Source: Chloroflexota bacterium (GTDB lineage: Bacteria > Chloroflexota > UBA11872). Taken from it: DNA of 64,000 bases. Made by a program: the position numbers and the translations under genes. Shown piece after piece: positions 57,146-64,000 of this stretch. The stretch spans positions 2,648,371 through 2,712,370 of the forward strand of contig OZ244806.1 of NCBI GenBank assembly GCA_965220075.1, given 5' to 3'. Numbering within the stretch: the first letter of the stretch is position 1; every line of letters begins with the position of its first letter. The notes under the pieces were generated by a model. The model did not search any database. It saw nothing but the letters and a program-made list of their open reading frames with translations, and was not told where the DNA came from.

Positions 57146-59530
57146 TCAACCGCACGGCCCGCAGTTTGTGACTGCGGCGATAGCGGCGGGGACCGGACCG
57201 CTGAGCTGGTTGCCCCACAGATATACCTGCGTGAGTCCCGGGTTGGCGATGCCGCCGAGCTCGGGCGGGATGGCGCCGCTCAGGCGATTGTTTTGGAGCC
57301 ACAGGCTCACCAACTGCGTGAGGTTGCCAAGCTGGGGTGGGATGCCGCCACTTAGCTGGTTGTCGCTGAGGATCAACTGCACCAGTTGGGTGAGATTGCC
57401 GAGCTGGGGCGGAATGCCGCCGCTGAGTTCGTTCCCACCGAGGTCCAACCCCGTCAGGTGCGCGAGGCTGCCAAGTTGGGGTGGGATGCTGCCGCTCAGG
57501 AGGTTGGAGAACAGCCCCAGGTTGGTTAGCAGCGTGAGGTTGCCCAACTCGGGCGGAATGCTGCCACTGAGTTGGTTGTTGTACAAGTATAGCCTCCTCA
57601 GTTGGGTGATATTGCCAAGCTGAGGCGGAATGCTGCCGCTGAGCCGGTTGTCTCCCAGGCTCAACTCCGTCAAGTGCGTAAGGTTGCCCAACTCGGGCGG
57701 AATGCTGCCGCTGAGCTGGTTGTTGTTCAAGCCCAAATATGCCAGGTGGGTGAGATTGACGAGCTGGGTCGGAATGCCGCCGCTGAGCTGGTTGCTACCC
57801 AGCTCGAGGCGCTCGAGGTTAGCGAGATTGCCGAGCTGAGGCGGAATGCTGCCGCTGAGTTGGTTGCCATACAGGCTCAGCGATGCCAGGCGGGAGAGGA
57901 TACCGAGTTCGGGCGGGATGCTACCGCTGAGTTGGTTGTAATTAAGATCTAGCCATTCAAGTTGGACGAGATTGCCAAGCTGAGACGGGATACTCCCGCT
58001 CAGTTGGTTGCCATACATGCCCAGCCATCTCAGGCCGGGGAGGTTGCCAAGCTCGGGCGGGATGCTACCGCTGAGTTGGTTGTAGTTAAGGTTTAGCTGT
58101 CCAAGTTGGGCGAGATTGCCGAGCTGGGGTGGGATGCTGCCGCTGAGTTGGTTGTTATACAGGCCAAGCCCTTCAAGGTGGACGAGATTGCCAAGCTGGG
58201 GCGGAATGCTGCCGCTGAGTTCGTTCCCACCGAGGTCCAACCCCGTCAGGTGCGCGAGGCTGCCAAGTTGGGGTGGGATGCTGCCGCTCAGGAGGTTGGA
58301 GAACAGCCCCAGGTTGGTTAGCAGCGTGAGGTTGCCGAGTTCAGGCGGGATACCGCCGCTGAGCTGGTTCTTGCCCAGGTACAGCCACCTCAGCTGGGTG
58401 AGGTTGCCCAACTCAGGCGGAATCTGACCGCTCAGCAGGTTGTCGTCCAGGCGCAGGTCCGTGAGATGCGTAAGGTTGCCCAGCTCAGGCGGAATCTGAC
58501 CGCTCAGCAGGTTGTCGTACAAGCCCAGGTCAGTCAGGTGCACGAGGTTGCCCAACTCAGGCGGAATCTGGCCGGTCAACAACTTCCTGCCCAGATGTAA
58601 GTTGGTTACCCGGAGGGGCCAGCCGCCGATTCCAACGCCCTCCCAGACCCCCATCGGGCGGTTCCAGGACCAATTCAGCGAGACGGGTCCAGCGCCCACT
58701 AGAACGTCCCTCGCCACTAGAAGCGCCGCGCAGTCCTCCACAAGACCGGGATTGGACGACGGTTTCGACACCGCAGCGCCGCTCGCGCACCCCGCCTGCA
58801 CGACTTCGAGGGGCAGGTGCGGCCGCGCGGCCATATGCGGGATCAGACCCGCCTCCTTGAAATGGTCGCCTCCCAACGACAGAGTCACCGACCCCGCCGC
58901 GGCCCACGGCGCCTCGTTCACCCACTGCTGCAAGACGGTCCGCTGCGCCCGCAGCACCCGCAACACCCCGTAGTCCTCGTAGGCCACCGGAAGTCCGTAC
59001 ATGCTCAGCCAGCGCGGGTTTGCGTACCACGCAGCCTTGATCGCCGGATTCAGCTCCAGCAGCTCAAGATGGTTCTGCGCGACCACATCGAACGAGGCGC
59101 CCGCGTCCTCCGGGAACGCCTGCGGGTAGGGCACGCTCTGCGTCTCGCGCAGCCACCGGTCGTGACCCAGGCGCGAGAGCTGGTCGTAGATGTTCACGTA
59201 GAACATCCCCCGCTCCGGCTGCCACTGCAGGACCGCCCTCTGAAACGCTTGATAGGTGAAAGGACCTTCCTGCCAGCGGCGCGAGATGGGATAGCCGAAC
59301 TGCGCAACCCCACCGCCTTCCTGAAAGGTGCTCCAGAAGGGAAGGCCGTCCGCGTCCGTAACCGTGAAGCCCAGGCCCGCGCCGCCGCCGGTCTGCGTAT
59401 AGAACCGGCCGCCCGCGATCGCAAAGTCATCCTGCGCCGAGGCCGGCTGGATGGCCGCGCCGAGCGCAAGCAGAGCCAGGGCGATGACCGCCAGCGACCT
59501 GCCAAGCGGAACGTGCCGAGTCGATGCCAT
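57146..59530 (-). CDS. Secreted leucine-rich-repeat protein with plant-RLK-like ectodomain (LRRNT_2-type cap + ~20 plant-specific 24-residue LRRs)
   Basis: It has a signal peptide (MASTRHVPLGRSLAVIALALLALGAAIQPASA) and a roughly 250-aa N-terminal domain. A cap (CAALLVARDVL...SLNWSWNRPMGVWEGVGI...VTNLHL) is followed by repeats of LSGSIPPELGNLTxLxxLxLxxNQ. The C-terminal tail ends NCGPCG. Confidence 0.8.
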   Translation of the reverse strand: MASTRHVPLGRSLAVIALALLALGAAIQPASAQDDFAIAGGRFYTQTGGGAGLGFTVTDADGLPFWSTFQEGGGVAQFGYPISRRWQEGPFTYQAFQRAVLQWQPERGMFYVNIYDQLSRLGHDRWLRETQSVPYPQAFPEDAGASFDVVAQNHLELLELNPAIKAAWYANPRWLSMYGLPVAYEDYGVLRVLRAQRTVLQQWVNEAPWAAAGSVTLSLGGDHFKEAGLIPHMAARPHLPLEVVQAGCASGAAVSKPSSNPGLVEDCAALLVARDVLVGAGPVSLNWSWNRPMGVWEGVGIGGWPLRVTNLHLGRKLLTGQIPPELGNLVHLTDLGLYDNLLSGQIPPELGNLTHLTDLRLDDNLLSGQIPPELGNLTQLRWLYLGKNQLSGGIPPELGNLTLLTNLGLFSNLLSGSIPPQLGSLAHLTGLDLGGNELSGSIPPQLGNLVHLEGLGLYNNQLSGSIPPQLGNLAQLGQLNLNYNQLSGSIPPELGNLPGLRWLGMYGNQLSGSIPSQLGNLVQLEWLDLNYNQLSGSIPPELGILSRLASLSLYGNQLSGSIPPQLGNLANLERLELGSNQLSGGIPTQLVNLTHLAYLGLNNNQLSGSIPPELGNLTHLTELSLGDNRLSGSIPPQLGNITQLRRLYLYNNQLSGSIPPELGNLTLLTNLGLFSNLLSGSIPPQLGSLAHLTGLDLGGNELSGGIPPQLGNLTQLVQLILSDNQLSGGIPPQLGNLTQLVSLWLQNNRLSGAIPPELGGIANPGLTQVYLWGNQLSGPVPAAIAAVTNCGPCG
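57419..57544. repeat. 126-bp perfect direct repeat, copy 1 (inside the LRR gene)
   Basis: It is identical to 58211..58336, which lies 792 bp (11 x 72 bp) away. Confidence 0.8.
58211..58336. repeat. 126-bp perfect direct repeat, copy 2 (inside the LRR gene)
   Basis: It is identical to 57419..57544. Confidence 0.8.
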
Positions 59531-59807
59531 CAGAGGCTCCACGCGCCAGCGTCTACAGGCACGGCCCCAAGCGTGCCGGAGCATACCCCGAAGGCTGAAA
59601 TCCCTGCCGCGCCGCGGCTCGTGCACACCGGGCGCATGCTGCAAAGGTCATAAATAGAATCGTTATGTCAACTAGGCGCGCGCTGAGCTACTGATCAGTC
59701 ACCGAGGCGCATGCGCGGGATCAGGCTGATTGGCCGACATCGGGCCGCGATGCAGGTCGCGCTCGGTGTGATACTGACCTTGTGACCGAAGCGGCCTGAC
59801 TGGGTGC

Positions 59808-60686
59808 ATGACGCAGGCGAGCGGGCGAGCCCGCGAACTCGCGATTGGCGGCAGGTCGTTGGTATGGGGCGCCCGCACCTACGTAATGGGCATCCTGAAC
59901 GTGTCGCCCGATTCCTTCAGCGGCGACGGCGTGAGCGGCGATCCGGCTGGTCTGCGGGATCGAATCGAGCAACTCGTTTCACAGGAGCCGGACGTAGTCG
60001 ACGTTGGCGGCGAGTCGACCCGTCCGGGCGCTACTGAAGTCCCAGCCGCGGAAGAGATGGAGCGGGTCCTCCCCGCGATAGCGGCAATCCGGGCGTGCAC
60101 GGACACTCCGGTCTCAATCGATACGCGTAAGGCCGCGGTTGCGGAAGCCGCCATAAAGGCCGGTGCACAGGCGATAAACGACGTCACCGGCGGCGCCCAT
60201 GACCCGGACATCCTCTCCGTCGCGGCGCAAAACAGCGTGCCCATAGTGCTCACGCACAACCGCCGCGCCCGCGCCGTGCGGTCAGCTTTGGGCGGACACT
60301 ACGCCGACGCGCACTACGACGACCTGGTCGCGGACGTTCTCACCGACCTGCGCGCCGCGCTCGATGCGGCGGCGCGCGCGGGCGTGTCGTCGGAAGCCAT
60401 CGTGATCGATCCGGGGTTCGGATTCGGCAAGACGCCCGATCAGAACCTGGAGCTGCTGCGGCGTCTGGCTGAGGTGAGGCGTCTCGGTATGCCGATCCTG
60501 GTCGGGATGTCGCGCAAGTCGTTCGTGGGCCACGTGGTCAACCTGCCCGCCGACCGCCGGCTCGAGGGCTCCCTGGCCGCCGCCGTGATCGCCGTGGCCA
60601 ATGGCGCTGACATCGTGCGCGCGCATGACGTGGCCGCCACCAAGCGGGCCGTGGCGGTGGCCGACGCGATCTACCGTCATCGATAG
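59808..60686 (+). CDS. folP: Dihydropteroate synthase
   Basis: It has the motifs ILNVSPDSFSGDG, DVGGESTRPG and PILVGMSRKSF. Confidence 0.9.
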   Translation: MTQASGRARELAIGGRSLVWGARTYVMGILNVSPDSFSGDGVSGDPAGLRDRIEQLVSQEPDVVDVGGESTRPGATEVPAAEEMERVLPAIAAIRACTDTPVSIDTRKAAVAEAAIKAGAQAINDVTGGAHDPDILSVAAQNSVPIVLTHNRRARAVRSALGGHYADAHYDDLVADVLTDLRAALDAAARAGVSSEAIVIDPGFGFGKTPDQNLELLRRLAEVRRLGMPILVGMSRKSFVGHVVNLPADRRLEGSLAAAVIAVANGADIVRAHDVAATKRAVAVADAIYRHR

Positions 60687-60862
60687 CGCGTCCTGCCTCG
60701 CAGGCTGGAGGAGCGTGAGAGGCCAAGGGCCTGATCGGGAACGGCCGGCAGGAGGCCGGGGCGCTTGCCCGTACCGAGCACGGCGCCCAGCCCACATCGG
60801 CGCCTTTACGCAGGGCGCGCGCCGTCCCTATGCTGAACGCCTGACGCCGTATAGCCGCGGGC

Positions 60863-60985
60863 GGAGACGTTTGCATAACAAGGTCAGGCTAAGGATGTTC
60901 GGGGGTAACCCTGCGCGGTTCCAGGTTGGGTGGGGCCTAGATTCCCGCGTTCGCGGGAATGACGAGGGGTTACCCAAAGGTCTCC
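60863..60985. mobile_element. MITE-like element, 123 bp, terminal inverted repeats GGAGACGTTTGCATAACA / GGTTACCCAAAGGTCTCC
   Basis: It is near-identical to 35878..36001 and contains the same central palindrome. It creates a spurious ORF fragment (…GNDEGLPKGLQVSA) in 60601..61029. Confidence 0.6.
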
Positions 60986-61025
60986 AGGTGAGTGCCGCGC
61001 GGCGCCCGCGACGAAAGCGCTGCAA

Positions 61026-61910
61026 TTGAACACCGTCCTGCGGGGCCGTGACGGCCGGGAAGTCGTCATCAGTTCCGACGGCCCCTTCACCCCCATTGGC
61101 GAACGCCTCAACCCGACCAACAAGCCGCGCTTGCAGCGTGCCTATGACACGGGTGACTGGAGCTACGTTCAGCGCGAGGCCCAGCGCCAGGCCGACGCCG
61201 GCGCGATGGTGATCGACGTGAACACAGGCGACCCGCACCACGCGGCCGAAGCTCGCAAGATGCGCGACGCCGTGCGCGCGGTGCAGGACGCGGTGGACCT
61301 TCCCATCGCGATCGACAGCTACACCGTCGACGTGCTCATTGCCGGGATGGAAGCCGCCCAAGGCCGACCCCTCATCAATTCCGTGCCTTTCGAGCAGGAG
61401 TACCTGGACGAGCTGCTGCCGGCCATCGCCGAGCACGATTGCGCCATGATCGGCATGTGCACGCTGGGCGGCGCCGCCATGCCCGCGACCGCATCCGAGC
61501 GGGTCGATAACGCGCGCGGGCTCATCGAGGCCGCGGGGGCGCATGGCATCGCCGTGCACGACGTCGTGATCGATCCCGTGTGCCTGCCTATCGGCGCCAA
61601 CGACGATCATGGACCAGGCCTGATCGGGGCCATCCGCATCCTCCGCGAGGAACTCGGGGTCAACATGAGCATGGGGCTCAGCAACGTGTCATTCGGGCTG
61701 CCCAACCGCCCTTCGCTCAACGCCGCCATGCTTCTGCTTGCGGTCGAAGCCGGTCTCACGGCCGCGATTCTGGACGTCACGAGGCGGAGCGTTCGCCACG
61801 CCGTCCTGGCGGCCAATCTTCTGCACGGGCGCGATTCCTACTCGATGAAGTGGATCGCCAACTTCCGCGCGGAAGAAGCGCGCGCGGCCGCCAGGGCATC
61901 CAAGTCTTAG
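61026..61910 (+). CDS. Pterin-binding (DHPS-like TIM barrel) methyltetrahydrofolate methyltransferase family protein (AcsE/MtrH/MetH-pterin-domain-like)
   Basis: It has IGERLNPTNKPRLQRA and DVNTGDP motifs typical of methyltetrahydrofolate:corrinoid methyltransferases. Confidence 0.65.
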   Translation: MNTVLRGRDGREVVISSDGPFTPIGERLNPTNKPRLQRAYDTGDWSYVQREAQRQADAGAMVIDVNTGDPHHAAEARKMRDAVRAVQDAVDLPIAIDSYTVDVLIAGMEAAQGRPLINSVPFEQEYLDELLPAIAEHDCAMIGMCTLGGAAMPATASERVDNARGLIEAAGAHGIAVHDVVIDPVCLPIGANDDHGPGLIGAIRILREELGVNMSMGLSNVSFGLPNRPSLNAAMLLLAVEAGLTAAILDVTRRSVRHAVLAANLLHGRDSYSMKWIANFRAEEARAAARASKS

Positions 61911-62140
61911 GCAGTCCGGACGCGGCCGCGCCGTGCCCGGTTGGATCCGCCGCCAGCGCATGCCAGGCGCCCGGCCCACTTAGCGTGTGCGTCGCTAGGG
62001 GCGGCGGAACCTGCTCGTGGAGAGCACCCTACAATCACGCCGCAACCCCGTCCGGTATGTGGGTCCTCGTGACCAGGACCCGCGGGAACCGAAGCGACTA
62101 AGACACCGGATACGGCGGGCGACCGCCAGGAGGACTCGAA

Positions 62141-62548
62141 GTGCCCAAGATCGTCATACACGAGCGCGACGCGATGGTGGTGGACCGCGGCCACGGCGTG
62201 CGCAGCATCCCCTTGATGAACGGCGCCAGAGGCGCGGAGAACCTCACGACCGGCATGACGATCATGGCGCCGGGCGCCGGCTTGCCAATGCACTACCACG
62301 ACACCGAGGAGTGCATCACGTGCGTGGAAGGCGAAGCCATGTGCAGCGTCGACGGCGAGGTCTACCGTCTCGAGCCGTTCGATCACATATGGATCGCCAC
62401 CGGCTCGCACCACCGCTTCTGGAACGAGGGTGACGAGCCGATGCGCATCCTGTGGTCCTACGGGAAGCCGGAGGTGCTGCGCACGTTCGTCGACTCGGGA
62501 AAGACCGTGGGTCACCTGTCCAGCGACGACGTAGCGGCAACGCGCTAG
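62141..62548 (+). CDS. Cupin domain protein
   Basis: It has a two-motif cupin core (PMHYHDTEECITCVEGEA ... GSHHRFWNEG). Confidence 0.7.
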   Translation: MPKIVIHERDAMVVDRGHGVRSIPLMNGARGAENLTTGMTIMAPGAGLPMHYHDTEECITCVEGEAMCSVDGEVYRLEPFDHIWIATGSHHRFWNEGDEPMRILWSYGKPEVLRTFVDSGKTVGHLSSDDVAATR

Positions 62549-62810
62549 GGCTTCTTCCGTCCGCGTGATTCGCGGGCGCGCCGCGTCCGGATCTCGCGGC
62601 GCGGCGACCAAATGCGGGTGGGTTGATTGCGCGCCTGCCTTCCCACAAGCAGGCGGGCGCCGAGAACCCAGGTGAGCGCAAGAGCCACACTCTCAATGCG
62701 GCGTGGAGGGCGGTTTGGGCGCCTTCGCAGAGCCCACGGTTATACGAGTCGACCGGCGGCCGCGTGCTAGGGTCGCGCCCGCTTGCAACCTGCCCACTGC
62801 GACCTCTGGG

Positions 62811-63680
62811 ATGCCCGGAATCGCGCTAGCGCTGGTGCTGAGCGCCGCCGTCCTGCATGCCAGTTGGAACCTGCTGGCAAAGAGCAGCCGCGGCGGCGTC
62901 AGCTTCTTCTGGCTTGCCCTGGCCGGTTCGGCCGTTCTGTATCTTCCCGCCTTCCTGGTGGCGCTGGTGCAGAACCCGATACCGCCGGAGGGCTGGCCGT
63001 GGATCGCGGCCACGGGGGTTCTGCACGCGGGGTACTTCTGGAGCCTTGCAACCGCCTACCGGCGAGCGGACCTCTCGGTGGCCTACCCGATCGCCCGCGG
63101 TCTCGGCCCGGCGATTGTGCTGGCCGTGAGCGCCGTGCTGCTGCGTGAGCCCATGACGTCGGTAGGAGTTGGGGGCGTAGTGGTCGTGGTAGCCGGCATC
63201 TACACCCTCAACGTCCGCGAGCTGTCCGGCCGCGGCCTGCTGGCGCCCGCGCTGACGCTGGTTCGACGGGAGGGCCGCTTTGCCGCGCTGACCGGCGTGC
63301 TGATCGGGACCTACACGCTGGTGGACAAGCAAGGCGTCGAGCTGGTTCATCCAATGGTTTACGTCTACCTCATGTTCGCAATCTCGCTGCTCGGTCTGAG
63401 CGTGCCGGCCGCGCGGCTTGGACGAGAGCGTATCTGGATTCACGCGCGCGCCGAGTGGCGGCGCACACTTGCGGTGGCTCTGCTGTGGGTTGCGGCTTAC
63501 CTGCTGGTGCTAATCGCGCTGCGCCTGGCGCCCACGCCCTATGTGGCGGCGGCGCGCGAGGTGAGCATCGTCCTTGGGGCGGCCCTGGGCATCCTGGTGT
63601 TGCGCGAGCCGCGCCAGCCGCAACGGGTTCTTGGCGCAGCGCTCATTGCGGCGGGAGTAGCGGCGATCGGTTTGGCTTAG
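62811..63680 (+). CDS. EamA/DMT-superfamily transporter
   Basis: It has about 10 TM segments in two EamA-like halves. The ATG is at 62811; the track ORF starts at 62703. Confidence 0.75.
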   Translation: MPGIALALVLSAAVLHASWNLLAKSSRGGVSFFWLALAGSAVLYLPAFLVALVQNPIPPEGWPWIAATGVLHAGYFWSLATAYRRADLSVAYPIARGLGPAIVLAVSAVLLREPMTSVGVGGVVVVVAGIYTLNVRELSGRGLLAPALTLVRREGRFAALTGVLIGTYTLVDKQGVELVHPMVYVYLMFAISLLGLSVPAARLGRERIWIHARAEWRRTLAVALLWVAAYLLVLIALRLAPTPYVAAAREVSIVLGAALGILVLREPRQPQRVLGAALIAAGVAAIGLA

Positions 63681-63753
63681 AAAGACAACGCAACCGCAAG
63701 CGGCCGCATGCCCAGCGACTGCTTGGGACCCGCCAGGCGCGTGTGCAGCACCG

Positions 63754-64000
63754 TCAATGAGTCAGGCGTGGAGCTGCCCTATCCCCGTCCGGCGCGGCGC
63801 GCATGAAGCGGAGGAAATAAACCGTGAGCACGGCCCAAAAGATCAGGACGCCACCCAGCTTCATGATGATCCCGCCGATGCGCTGGTCCTCGAGCGCGGA
63901 GACGGGCCACACGCGCGGCGCCAACTCGTAGGTCGGGTAGAGCGGCTCGGAAGCGAACACCAGAAGGGCGCTGAAGAACCCGGCTGGAATGGTGAGTAGA
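63754..64000 (-). CDS. Membrane protein, C-terminal part (gene starts beyond window end)
   Basis: The reading frame stays open to the window edge and has a hydrophobic C-terminus (LGGVLIFWAVLTVYFLRFM). Function is unassigned. Confidence 0.35.
   Translation of the reverse strand, partial: LLTIPAGFFSALLVFASEPLYPTYELAPRVWPVSALEDQRIGGIIMKLGGVLIFWAVLTVYFLRFMRAAPDGDRAAPRLTH

Noticed and set aside
57168-58640. Periodic 72-bp DNA repeats that might suggest a CRISPR array or satellite.
   Set aside because: The periodicity is the coding repeat of the LRR protein (24-residue units in frame). There are no spacer/repeat alternation and no cas genes.

Overview
This is a high-G+C bacterial chromosomal window. 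Gene content, a T-box leader and the tsaEB-rimI-tsaD and pur operon layouts suggest a Terrabacteria lineage such as Chloroflexota or Actinomycetota, but this is inference, not a search result. Its backbone is housekeeping: an 11-gene guaA-purD-purEBCSQLFMNH purine block, glgA, tsaE-tsaB-rimI-tsaD, aspS, folP and an aapJQMP amino-acid ABC transporter. Accessory material is interleaved: (i) an imuA'-imuB-dnaE2 mutasome cassette at the left edge; (ii) a visibly lower-G+C patch carrying a frameshifted orphan sensor histidine kinase, an ECF sigma/anti-sigma pair whose anti-sigma carries a YfbK-like VWA ectodomain, and a vapBC toxin-antitoxin pair; (iii) a roughly 12-kb block of uncharacterised oxidoreductases and hydrolases; (iv) a tightly coupled GT4 / MraY-WecA-like / APH-like (catalytic Asp apparently lost) / MurF-like envelope operon; (v) a secreted protein with a plant-receptor-kinase-like LRR ectodomain containing a 126-bp perfect internal repeat; and (vi) a family of about 125-bp MITE-like elements with 18-bp terminal inverted repeats at three intergenic sites plus a solo hairpin. 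A T-box leader with a GAC specifier precedes an archaeal-type aspS, and purM has no canonical start codon ahead of its conserved N-terminus. No CRISPR array, rRNA or tRNA gene was found. High G+C generates many long antisense ORFs, which were rejected.
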